Source: Monocercomonoides exilis PA203 (lineage: Eukaryota; Protista; Preaxostyla). Taken from it: a stretch of 64,000 nucleotides of DNA. Shown here piece by piece: positions 14,336 through 27,173 of this stretch. The notes beneath the pieces were generated by a model that was not told the DNA's origin, made no database searches, and was given only the letters and a program-made list of their open reading frames with translations. Position numbers and translations under genes: made by a program. Positions within the stretch are counted from its first letter, which is position 1; each line of letters starts with the position of its first letter. Where the stretch lies: contig LSRY02000030.1 in the NCBI GenBank assembly GCA_001643675.2, forward strand, positions 558,001-622,000. Direction: 5' to 3'.

Positions 14336-15774
14336 CATCATAAAATAATTTCATGAAAGTTTATATTTGTTGGAAAAAAAGATTATGGATTATTTTCATA
14401 ATTAATCTTCGCAAATCATAAAGACTATACAAAACAAATTCGATATTTTTATTATTTGATTAATCGTTTGCAAAAACAATTGAATAATTAAGGATTATTC
14501 AAATTTTTGATCATTCATTATCTTTTTCACAATCAATGAAGATATTTTGAATTCAAGAAATGAAAAAGGATTTATTGTCTTCAATTAAATTTATTGAGAA
14601 AATCAAAACTTGAAATCGTTGGGGAAAAAAAGGTGAATAAAAATAATAATTTATTTGAAGTGTTTTTTTCGTTGTGTGATTTTTTTAATAAACAAAATTA
14701 TAGCAGATGCAACAAATAAATATTATCTTTTATACAAAATAATAAAAGTATAATGGAAGACATAAGAAAAAAACATTGTTGTTTCGATTAAATTGAACAA
14801 AAAATTCAAACAATGTTGATAGTGAAGAAAACATCAACAAAATTTTAAGTGAAATTGACAAATGAAAACAGAAAGAAAATATTTGACCAAAATCATCAAC
14901 CATTTTTGAACTGCACATTTCACCTTATCAATAAATAATAACGTTATACTCGAAAATTAAACAAACAACTTTTTCAATTCTTTCCACATGATCGCAAACA
15001 GTATCTCTCTTTTTTTTTAAAAAAAAATTAAGAAATCTTCTTTAAAAAAATGATGAAAAAAGAGGATGAAGAAAATGCTGAATAAGATAATTTGACAAAT
15101 AAAAAACTTTTATTCCTATGTACACTCAGAAAAATTGTAGTTGATAGAAAACGAATGGATGAATAATGAAAGTTCAAAAAAAAATTTGTATTTCTCGAAA
15201 ATGACAAAATTGTTGATAACGAATCAAGGAAAAAAACACTTAATTGTTAGGCAGAAAACGATAAATCTTTTTAATCTTCTTCAAATGATAGAATAACAAT
15301 GATGACTATTTCTTTTCCAAAAAGTTCAAAAAAGCATTTGCAAATAATCTTTCCACACCAAACATACAAAAAAAACATTTCAAATATCACTCAAAAAAGA
15401 AAATAATCCATCTCAATTTCTTCGAATAATATTTTCCACAAAAGAACTCAGATGCACAATTTGCAAAGCCCAAACAAAAAACTTTTGAATTCGAATTACA
15501 AAAGAAAATCAATAATTGTTTCAATAAAGAGCACATTCACTCAATTATTGACCAAAAAAACATCTTCTCAATACAACAAAAAATCAAAATAATTAATTAA
15601 TAATCATATCTATCTATTATTTCCCCAATTCAATTTCAAATAACACAAATAATAAATAAAAATATAAATGAAAATAAAAATAAAAACAAAAAATAAATTA
15701 GAATTAAGAATCTTAAAAAAAAAATAAAAATTAATCATTAATCATTAAAATGTCATCAAAAGATGAAGACAATA

Positions 15775-18700
15775 TTATAAAAAGAATACATATTTTCGTG
15801 AAATTGTTTGAATCAGAAAATGAAAGCCGTGCACCTGGGAGGCAAAACAACGTATCCAAGTTTGGACAGAAAAAGCTGTCAATTTGTTTTGTCTAGTCTT
15901 ATATTTTTTTCGATTGAATATAAGATAAGCATGCGCAAAATAATTGGGTAATTTTTTATCTCGACAGTTTTTATTGAAATCATCAAACAATAAATAAACA
16001 TTTTTCAAAAGATTAGCACGATTATCATACAAAACATTTGAAAAAGAATTAAATGAAACAGAATTTTGGGAATATTTTTTAGAGAAATTTGGTTTATTAA
16101 CTTTTTGTATTTTTTCTTTGATTGAGTATCCGTTAATTGTGATCAATGAACGTTGTGAATAATGACCGACAATTGATACACAAATTGATTTTCCTTTTCG
16201 TTCAAAAAACAAATAATTCTTCATATGAGGAATCACAAAAGCACATCGTGTATTTACTTTCGATGGAATGTATTCTTCAAAGAAACGTTGATGAATGACT
16301 TTTCTTTTTGGAATGAAATTATAGGGCATGTGTTCGTAATTTGAATGTTGTTTTGTTTTGCTGTTGCTTTGATGATTGGAAACGTTATTTTCATTATCAA
16401 AATGTTGCTTGAAGAATTCAATTAGATCCTTTTCACTAACAATTGCATCCGATTCAATGTTGTTTTTAAGAACATTCACAAGTGTGCCGAATTCAGAATC
16501 ACATTCATTTTTCCGTGGTGTTCACAGAAAAAGTTCAATTCACATTTGCTATTTTTGAATAACGTTGATTGAGGACTCAGAACAAAGTGAAATATGTATT
16601 TGTTTCTATTGTGAGGCCCAGAATCACAAAAGAACTTGAAAGAAGAAACATTTTCGTAATCTTTCCTTTTCAGCACAGAAGTTAAACAGTCAATGATATA
16701 ATTGTGATCGTTTGAGATGTTGTTTGAAATAAAGTTGTTTGTTTTCTTCAATGTGTTTGAATTAGAAGCTTGATATGTGATTATTGAGAGGTGAGATGCT
16801 TGATGATAGTTGTAAAACTTCTGTTGAAGTTGATCTTTTCGAAGAGGCAATTTCCACTATTCTTTGAAATCCCACAACACAATGACTTTATTATCCTTCA
16901 ATGAATCGATTGAGAGATGAAAGTGCCTCCGCTGTAAATCAGCAATTGCTTTGTGCAGTATCAAAAATTTGATTTCCTTTATTTCTTCATTTGAAAGAGT
17001 TTTCCCTTGTTGAAGTGATCTCTGCTTTATTATTAAATGCTCGTATTTGTGACACAATTCGCAAACATCAGTTCTCCTTTTTGCCCTGACAAATTGAGAA
17101 GTTAATTTATAGAAACTGGACAATGAAACTTTTATTCCAGTTTCAATAATGAATTCTTTCCAAAGAGTTGTCTTTGGTTTGAATATTAAACGCCTTTCAA
17201 ATGGAGAAAAGACTTTTATTCCATTTTTAATTTTTTTGCTGAGAGAAGATGTCGAAGATGAAATGGTGGGGAAAATGTTCGATGAAATGGCGTTTGCCCT
17301 TTTCATTGCTCCAAGAAGTTCTGCATGTGAAAATGTTGGAGGAGAATTATCATATAGAAGATTCTCGTCAGTTTTTTTCCCACCTTTTGTTAATGATGTT
17401 TTTGCTGCAATTGTCTGGTTTTTGTGATACAGAGAAAAGGATGGAACGTAATCTTTTTCAAAATGATGTCTCCAAACTTCTCTCCATTTTGATGGTGATA
17501 TTTCGTTTGTTGTGGAGTCATTGCAGACAAACCAATGATCAACTTTATTGAAAACGGTTTTGCTCACGCAAACATAATGACCGTTTGAATTGTCAAGTTG
17601 CTTAAACAAAATTTGACCGACCAGATCGTATGATATGCATTCTCCTTCATTAACAAGTTCGTTCTCATGAAGCTTATCATTTGCATCATCGCAATGAGTT
17701 GTTTTTGAAGACTTGTCCATTCTGAATATTAAACTTTTGGGAGGGATTGAAAAATTATCATCTTTCGTTTCATGAGTGATGGTCAATACTGTTGGAAATT
17801 TCTTGATTTCTGTCCATTTTTTCGAGTTTTCAAATCCTTGGCATTGTTCACAAAATATTTTGTTATCCTTTGTAAAATTTTCTTTTGAAAATTCTTTCCT
17901 CTGCCCTTCAATTACCGAGCTATTGGAAATAATGATGTTTCAAACAAAGTTGTTTTGCTTTGAGTGGAATATTCCACAATTATTGCATAACTCATTGTGC
18001 GAGACTTGAATTGTGAATGTGTCAATGTTTGAGCATCCTTATTTATCAAATAGGTCAATCATTTTGAAATATGCTTCGGACACATTCTGTTGATTGAAAT
18101 GTCCATGATTGCAAAAATTATCCCATTCGAATATGAAATCTGGATTCCAGAGTGCAGACGAGTAATCATTTGTATGTGATGACTTTGCGATGAAAAGGAC
18201 CTTGTGAGAAAGTTTGTTTGCTGTTTGCTGATTGTGAAAAACTGTGGAACAAATTAGAGTTTTAAAGAAGACAAACATTGAAGCAATGACGAGAAGTAAC
18301 AAGTATTTCCGAGATTTTCGAGACCTTTTCTTTTTACTATTTGATCACAATGAGAATAATGAGAAAAATCTTCATTCATTTCTCCTTTCGATGAATGATG
18401 CTGGTTTTGAACGTTTGACTCTGACAATTGTTGAAATTGTTCGTTCACTGTTATCTGCATAAAAGGAATATTAAAATCCTTCCGTATTGAATGATTTTGA
18501 TTGCATGGGAAGACTTCATTTGATAAGCTATCTCGTTTTTCCGATAATTATTTTTTTTGACTTGAACCTGATGAACAACATTTTGAATTGTTTTGCGGGC
18601 TTTTCAGAATATCGATATCATGATGATCGCTCAATTTAGTCTCAAGAAAAGTGGACCAAAACGTGTGAGGAACAAGAGGAGGAGAAGAAATGCTTAATTT

Positions 18701-19770
18701 GAAATCATGAATTGAAGATTTTTCACTTGCTTGTGATTATTTCATTTGAACACCAGAAGTCTGTAACTGTGAATTTGCTTTATTTTGTAAACTCAAATCT
18801 TTATGGATGGTGGTTATTTGGTGTTGATGGTGATACTTGGATTGTTTTTTGGAATCGTTATTGCTGAAAAAAGAAATGTGAAGAGTTTAATTTATAAATT
18901 ACGAATAAAAATCAAACGATTTGCTTTTGTTCTTCTCCATCGAATGAACAATGCATTTTTTATCTTGCTCTGGAAGAGATTCAATCATAATTCCAGCAGC
19001 TTTCAGGACTTTTTCATTAACGAAATTCTGTTCAGTGGTTTCACCTCCATGACAAATCAGATCATTCCATGCAGATTCATCCAGATACTTGGCTTCCGAT
19101 GAAGAGATTTTTTTCTTTTGACTGAATGACAATCTGGATGATAATTCAGATGAATGTTCTATCATCCAATTGATTTCCGACATTCCATTCTCCATCAGTC
19201 AACCCAAAAATTTTTTGTGATTTGAACTTAGAAAGAACAAAAAAACAAAATACCTTTCTTGCATTCCGGAATTTTAGGTTGTTGCGGCTGCTCGATTATT
19301 CCTTGGTTGCGCTTCAAGACACTTTTTGAATAGCTGAACTTTCCTTGAGTAACGTCGAACTCTTTATTTAAAAGCTGCCTTAATGATAAAAAACGAGAAA
19401 GAGCCTGCAGAAGCATTGTTTGCGTATGCTGATGCGCAGTGTTGTAAATAATCGCTAAATCACTAGTCAACATTTTTTTGTTTTCTTCGAAATCGAAAAA
19501 AGTGAATGAATAACAATAACATTATAAATTATTTTTTTGAAGAGTTTGTTTGAAGAATAGTCATATATCATAAATATCAAATAAACAAAAATATAACAAA
19601 CCATCAATCTCTTGACGAACTTCGTTCATAACCTCAGACGCATCTCTGTGACTGTTGATGAGGTAGATAATCACTTGCTTTGTAGAATCTCCGCATATTT
19701 CTTTCAAACTTTCCCAAGCAGCCGAAGCTTTGGTGGATAAAGTTGATTTTCGAATGACAAAAGATGACAT
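15775..19770 (-). mobile_element. Sola2-like DDD transposase gene with an embedded ubiquitin-specific protease (USP/C19) domain; pseudogenised, intron-containing
   Basis: Transposase motifs: KVSLSSFYKL...RRTDVCELC, VIVLWDFKE, FFCDSGPHNRN, NFFCEHHGK[N]ECDSEFG (the last after a 1-nt loss in an A run at ~16510). USP motifs: KGLENLGNTCYFSSLLQCL, NQQNVSE, CNNC/CEQC, FPTVLTI, YDLVG...GHYV...WFVCND. The USP His box and the transposase share ORF 16857-17786. Probable ATG at 19770 (MSSFVIRK). Ends not found. Confidence 0.8.
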
Positions 19771-21099
19771 ATTGTTCAATATGAAATGAGCAACAAATGC
19801 AACCAAATAATATTGATAATTATAGTTAACTCACATTATTCAAATTTTTGTTTTCAAGATAAGAATATTTTCGAAAATTGAGGGTTTTTCAATGGGCAAT
19901 AATTCAGTGCTGACAGCAAGCAAGCAATATGGTTGAAGAATAGAGGTTTGAGAACAAGTAGCAGAGCTGAAAAAAAACATTTTTTTTTTTGGTGAATGGT
20001 GTTGAAGCAAATGAATGTTTTAAAGAAAATAGAGAGAAAAGAAAGAAGAGAAACGAAGAAATGAGGAAGAATTATTAAGAAAGTTTGAGAAGTGAAAAAA
20101 ATGAATTACGATTAAAATTTGGATGAGATGGAAAACATATCACATTTTTTTATTATTATGAAATTAATTTTTCTTTTCATATGTTTTATTTTCACACATG
20201 AATATGTTTTTTGGATCAAAGCAAGACACAAGGATATAGACCAAAGGGATTGAGGCGGAGCAACAACCAACATGACAACGGGGAAGCAGGTAAGTTTTCA
20301 ATTTAACATTCTTCATTTTCATCACCTTCCACTCCATTTAGCTTCTTTTACTTCTTTGTGCATAAAAATCAAGATAACCATCAGCACAACAAAGGAACAG
20401 CCTTCTTTCATTTGGTTAAATGAAACGTTGAAACAATAAATCTGGATTTTGAGCTTCATTAAATTATTCTTGCTTTCAAAGGGTGTGCGGTTGATTCTAT
20501 TTGAAATGGACGGAATTGGTTAAAATTGAGCAATGCTGATTATTTCTGTCAGATTTACAAGAGAATTTTTAATATTAGGCTGTGTGAAATGCGATAAATG
20601 TGAACGTTCAAGACGGGAAACACTGCGAGCTCTATAAATGTTTGCTAATGTATCTGTGCAACCCAGACGAAGAAATAATTATGAGGCTGCTTGAATTACA
20701 AACAGAAAATATTGATACATTGATTTTTATCGCATGAAGAGTGACACATTTTGTTTATTTTTTTTTTTTTGGAAAAAGAGTAAAATGAATGAGAGAAAAA
20801 AAGTTGGGACAAGATAGAGGAAAAAAGAAAGAGGAAAAAATAGAGCATGGAATTTTGAGAGAAGATGCTTCTGGATTGCAGTTGACTTGATAGAGGAGTT
20901 GGTGATATGATGCAGTTTGAAAGGCAAAAAAGTGTTGCAGCGGTTGCTGGAGATAAAGAAGATGCAACGTTTTGCAGAGAGCAGGGAAACTGCGGGCTGT
21001 GTGCAAGGAATGGATTTATTCTGTGCAGATGAGCACATGGCCTGTAGAAGCGAAATTGCTTCGGAAGAACAGGGGTTTCGAAGAGATTTTTTGTAGTGT

Positions 21100-24000
21100 T
21101 GATTAATACCTATTCCTCTTGTTTCAGGTGTGACGCCAGCGCGTTCTGTCTTATGCAGACTCACACAAAGGCCGGCAAGTTCAAGCAAGCTAGTGATATG
21201 AGCATTTCAAAAAAGAATCTCTCGCTTTTCTTCTTAACTTTTTTGAGAAGAATGCCAGGGCATATTCACCAGAGTTTCTTTCTCAATCGCTAAACTCACT
21301 GTCTTTAATATCAAATTCAGCAAATCCCACCATTTCATCTTCTACCTCATCTTCCTCAACTTAATCATGTTTTCATACGTACCACCACAACAAATGTAAA
21401 TATTTATTTGCATAATCTTCTTTGTCATTGCCATTGAAATCTTCATGGACTCAGCAATTTTGATTTCTCCCTATATTTCGACAGCTTCTTCTTCTTCTTC
21501 TTCTTCTGTAACTACCATAACAACTACTTTCTATTCTTCGGTTCGTTCAATCATCTCTTTGATTGATCCATAACATACAGAAGATATCAAGTCGTCAGAT
21601 CTTCCTCGGCTGAAACTGTGTGAGCTGTCGAAAGCCAATCGTGTTCAGTCAGAGTTGCTGAATCATATTGTGTATTGGATAAATGAGAAAGAAAATATGA
21701 GGGTAGAGATGGTTAAAGGGGTGGAGGAAATTGGAGGAAAAGATGAGGAAAAGAAGGAGAATGAAAAAAGAGAAATAAGTGAAGCAACCGAAACAGAGAG
21801 AAATGCATCAATGGGAATGGGAATAACGATTCGGAAGAAAACAGATTTGAAGGAAGGAAAGAGAAAAGAAAGGTGAGCTCAAAAAAAGCAGAGGAAAGAA
21901 AAAGAATGGAAAAGAATGAAGCACAAGGGAAAGATGAATTAAACAAAGTGAATGACTCAACGAATAAGAACAATGACAGAATACAGACAAGAGAAGGCAG
22001 AAATGAGAAAAGGAAGAGGAGAAAGATTCATGTGGATAAAGAAATTGAGTGGACGCTATTGAAGAAAGGAGATAGTCATTTCTTGAGTTATGGGAAAGAA
22101 CAAAGAGCGGAAGCAGAGGAAATGGGGAACACAAGGGAAAGGAGAAAAATGGCGGGAAAGAAGGGAAGGGGAGTGCAGAGCGGATGAAGTCGCTGTTTGG
22201 CGGAAAAGAAGAAGAGGAAAGGAATGAAAGCAACAACGACAGCGACGATGAGTGGTTCTACGATGGGAGTGTGAAGGGGAAGAGGAGGAATGCGAGTGCG
22301 CTGACAGAGGCGGGGCAGTTGGCGCTGGCAGGAATGTACATGAGCTCTCCTTCGTCGGCATCGTATTATATTCGACTGTCGCTGCAGGCAAGAAAGCAGC
22401 AGAAGATGAAGGAGATAGAGAGAAAGATGGATATCACTGAGAAAAGAAAGGAAGAAGAAGGAGAAGATAATTGTTATGTTGGAAAAATCGAAAGACAAAG
22501 TGATAGAATAATCGAAGAAAAATCGAAGAAAAAGAAGGAAAAAATTGAAAACATATTTTTGAATATGAAGAAGGGAGATAACATTTAAGTCAGACTGTGA
22601 ATGAACAATATTTGCTAGTTCCAACTCATTCATTTATGAAAGTGAGAGCAAGAAAAGATTATTTAGTGAGGAATGTGAATGCAAGGCGAAAGTTATCCAT
22701 CATTGAAAAAGCATGCGATTTGGAGCAAATAAATGAAGAATAAGCAAAGTTGAAGTTTTCAAGATGACAATAAGAAGATTAAGTAAGATGGAGAAATAAT
22801 GAAAGAAGAAAAAGAAGGAGAAGGAGATAAAGAGGAAAAGAGTGAAGAAGAAAGTTAAGAGATTTCCAAAGAAGAAGAAAAGATGAGAGAGAAAGAGAGA
22901 GAGAGAGAGAGAAAGAGAAAGAGAAAGAGAGAGAGAGGAGGTGATGAGAGATTGAAGGATTTGAGAAGGGGTGAAGGGAAGGTCGTATGCACCTGCGACA
23001 AAGAGAAATCAAAAGGAGATAATATTTCTGTATTCGAAGCTGTTCAGTATTTTCATTGTTTACAAACGCCGAATGGAGGAGCTGATGATTCAAACAAATT
23101 TCACGCATACAGGAGAAGGCGAGAAGACGTTGCAAGAAAATTACAATGGCAATGAAAATCGCCACATCCACCTCTGACGCTAATATAATCCCTGGAGATA
23201 TGAGCAGATCAGCAATGCAGAAAATTAATATGAGAGTGGAAACAAAGATGGAGAAGCTGCAAACGAAAAAGAAAGTCAAAACGGAGAGAATATGGATCAT
23301 GAAAAGCAGTGTGTGTCGAGGCAGTGCAGAAACAAGAAATAAGTGGAAAAGGAAATACAGCAAAAAGACCAGGAAAAGGACCAGGAAGAAGTGCACAAAG
23401 AAAAAATAGAGGACAAGCGAGAGAAATTGAAGGAGAAGCTGAAGCCCAGAATGGATCTGCAAGAGACGGATTAGGGGAGCCACTGAATGCAACGCTTCCA
23501 TAATCACCAGAATAGGATGAGCTTTATCAAAATCGCTTCCGTATTCATACGGTACGGGACAAAACAAGCAACGAGAAGGGATCAAGTCTTTCATATGTAA
23601 TGAGATTAGATCCATCGGCAGCCATAGTATCTACGTTTCTATTTGGTTCGTTGACATCGCGGACAAGTGGATTGGGAGTGGAACCGAAAATAGGCTTTGG
23701 GACATTAGACGGATGGAAAAGAGGAGGATAAGGACAACAGCTTTGGATAGAGAGAACGAGCGGAGCAGACAGGAAGAAGTGATGGGTTCGGGGATGTCCC
23801 ACTTCTGCGCCTGAGCCAGGTGAAGGGGGTTGAGAAATCGCATCGAGAGAAGAGAGGAAAGCTGGAATGGAGAAGGGCACTGACGCCAATGCGGGAGAGG
23901 GAGAAATTTCAACATAAACGAGGCAGAAACAGATATGACAAAAACAACTGTTGGGAGTTTCTTCGCGCACGTATTGTTCATAAGCTGCTTCTAGCATCAT

Positions 24001-26060
24001 CTTTCACACCGACATGCACATTTCCAGATCTATAGACAATTTGATATATATTTGGAATTTTTATCATCTCGATAATGAAATTAACATTTTTGCAGAATAT
24101 ATGCTCGAAGTGTCTGAAACCTCAAACTCTTTTTCTTTTGCATGTGTGAGAACGAGACATTAGAGATGTTATTATCAATCATTTTTCCTGCGCACTGACT
24201 TTACAAACTTAACTTCCACCTTCTGCTCCACTCAAGCATTCTTCTGCATCTGATATTTTTGGCATTGCTGAACATATGGGGAATTAATGGAAGAACTCTC
24301 TTTTTATACTCGCCAACAACAGCATTTCTGTTGGCTCTGCTGACAGACGCACTTTCACCACCTCTTCAAGATTCCACTTCATATCTCCCATCCTCGACCT
24401 CTTCATATTCCCAATCTCCCTCCAAATCTCATCTGTCTCATATCCTCCAAACAATATCTTCAGCATCACATGCACCTGCACCGTCTCCTAAATTGAAAAC
24501 TTTATCGTCTTCTTCGTCTCATGTTTTACACATCTTGCTTAAAGAAGAGGAAGTGGCAAAAAAAGTGATTTGAACGCAACGAATCAAATTGAAACATGAA
24601 CCGACTGTCGTTGTTAAAGACAGAGTAAAGAAAACACAACTCGGAGAGGGGCAAATAATTTCAAAGCTGTGGAGAATAGGGGCAATGAATATTCATAAAT
24701 GAGTATGAATCAATGTTTGATAAGAAGATGAAGAAGAAGAGAAGGATGTGGAAGGAGCAACAGAAAGAGAGATATTGAACGTGGAAGAAGTGTACATCCC
24801 TTGCAGAAGCTCTGGAGAATTTACACAGAAAGCTTGCTCATTGGTGCGAGAAGATCGCAAATCTTGAAGAATACGAACTGAAAATTGAAGAAAGATGTAT
24901 TGCTGAACAGCTGGCTAATGAGGCGATATGGGAGAGCTGAAGAACATGGGCAACAGCCTTCTTTCGAGACGAAGAGATGGAAGTGAAAAAGGAGGGAATG
25001 ATTTGAAATTTGGCAGATTGACATCAACATTGTGTGGCATGGGAGGTATTGGAACAGGATTGAGAGTGATGGAAGTGGCACATCGATTGCTGCAAATTCA
25101 GATGGAGCAGATGGGCTTTCCGCCTGATTCAGTCACAAGGAGAATTCAGCTGAAGTGGGTGCTGTTTGAGGTACCGAAGGAAACAGACGTTGAAGAGATT
25201 TTCGCAAGCTTTCGTTGCTGAAGAAGATGAAAAAAGAGGAACAAATGATCGATAATCTGAGAAGAGAATGAGAGGAAGGTGCGCCCACAGTGCCTGTAGC
25301 CCAGAGGAAGTTTGATGGGAGAAACGGAGCAGATGCCGAAAAGGAAAAGATTAATATCTTCCATTTCTCACCACGTGTGCGGAACACATGGCGTATCAAT
25401 CACGAAGGCTCTTCACGCACGCCTGCCCCGCAGCCATCGTCTGTCCCTCAGCGCGCGATGGACTTGTTCTGGAAGCAGCAGGAGTAGCCTGCATTGATTC
25501 TGTAGGTGAACATCGAATGTGAATTGTTTTTTTTTTTTTGTGTGCAGCTCTGAACGTGAGCACGAACCTGCTCTGCACACTGAACGCCAACTCAATTGAG
25601 CATGAAGGGTATTAAACGGCAGACGAAAAATTTGAGACGAATAACCAGCTCATTTTGTGTGAGGGTTTCATTGTGAAATTCTCTCGCAAGTTCCACTTTT
25701 CGCGCAGTCTGGAAGACCCAACGGAAGAGAGAATAATTGCATCGCGGAGTTGTATTTGATCCATAATGCACACAGCAGATACAAACTGACGTGGCTAAAG
25801 TTGCAGAGGAGGAAGAGAAAGCAACGGAAGCTTCAGCAAGATCAGTTATTCTGCATTGGATTTGTCGCTATCAAGGTCGTGGGCAGATGAGCTGATGAAG
25901 ATGAAGATAATGCGAACAAATGGGATTGTGATTGGCAAGCAGATGCAGTTCACATCACAAGAAGAGGAGTTTGTTGAAGAAGCAAATTTTGGTTTTCCAA
26001 GAATAGCATGCATTGTGAGTCTGATGAGGAATGCTTCTATCGAACGGGTAATTTGAAACT
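21100..26060 (+). pseudogene. Large degenerate protein-coding region(s), product unknown
   Basis: Purine-rich, coding-like plus-strand sequence with many short ORFs (21655, 22184, 22883, 24259, 24928, 25856) broken by stops and frameshifts; no domain recognised. Confidence 0.35.
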
Positions 26061-27173
26061 CTTTTGTTTAAGATTGCCTGAATTTTCAAAGAAGAGAGAG
26101 TCAGGAAAGTGAAATAGGAGAATTTGAAGAATGAGTTATTGAGAGAAAGAGAAAGAGAAAGGTAGAATAGAAAAAAAACCATTGCCTTTCCTTTCAAAAT
26201 TTCATCTTCTACATAACCACTCACTTCTGTTTGGCATTATATCTTCATAACAACCTTATCTTTTGCCTTCACGCATATTCCACTCGCATCCACATATCTG
26301 TTCATCGTTAATTTTGAACACACAGCAATTTCATGTTTTGCATTCAGTGTTCTCTTGTAGTGTTCCATTTCATATTTCGCGACCAAAAATGGTACCTTCT
26401 TCAGCCCACTGCACGCATCCTCCTTGCAAAATGTTCTATCCGCATCCACCTTGTCAGCAAAGAAACCTTCAAAGAATACAAACAAAACGGAATTCCAGTT
26501 GCCAAATGCTTCTGCTCTGAATTTTCCAGCAATCGCATCGTTATTTGACTGATGATTCTCAATAAAGTGAAAGAAGATTCGTTTACAGAAGCGTTATGAG
26601 ACTTATATACAAAATACACATCTCTTCCTTGTGCTCCTTCACTAATCTCCTGAATAGCAAAGCAGCCGATGAACTTGATGTGGAACAAAAAAGTGTTTTC
26701 AGAGGTTTGAAGGCGTTATCAGAAAAATAAAAGGATATCATGAGATGAATGGAGAGAAAAGTGTTGGAGGAAGAAGAATATTGCATCATCAATGTTTCGA
26801 AAGGGTAATTTGGATGAATGAAAGAGGAAAAGGAAGAAAGAGGAATGGAGGATAAGAAAGAAGCTAAATGGGAATGTAATATGAAGAATAAAGAGAGAAA
26901 GAAGAGTTTATGAAAATTATTATCATTAATTATTGTTTCTCCTTCATTTTTTGAAAGGTTATTTGCAAACTCTGTTGAACTGCTCAGCAATAACAGGAAC
27001 TTTGTGATGATGTTTCAGCCGCATAAATTCAAAACACATTTCTTCAAATTTTGAATAAATCAATTTTTCATATTGATATCTATCTGTATAATTTTTTATT
27101 TATTTGTTCTGTTTTGTAAGTCTTGAAACTTCTATTTTCTCTCTTTAAAAATTGTTTTTTATTAATTTTTATT

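Noticed and set aside
18899-19100. Ulp1/C48-like start (NFVNEKVL) in the Sola-like gene
   Set aside because: No His-Asp-Cys catalytic motifs follow.
14400-20300. Terminal inverted repeats of the Sola-like element
   Set aside because: No convincing inverted pair found by eye; boundaries left undefined.
26237-26700. Protein kinase remnant (ISEGAQG resembles a Gly loop)
   Set aside because: No HRD/DFG or other kinase motifs; too weak to call.
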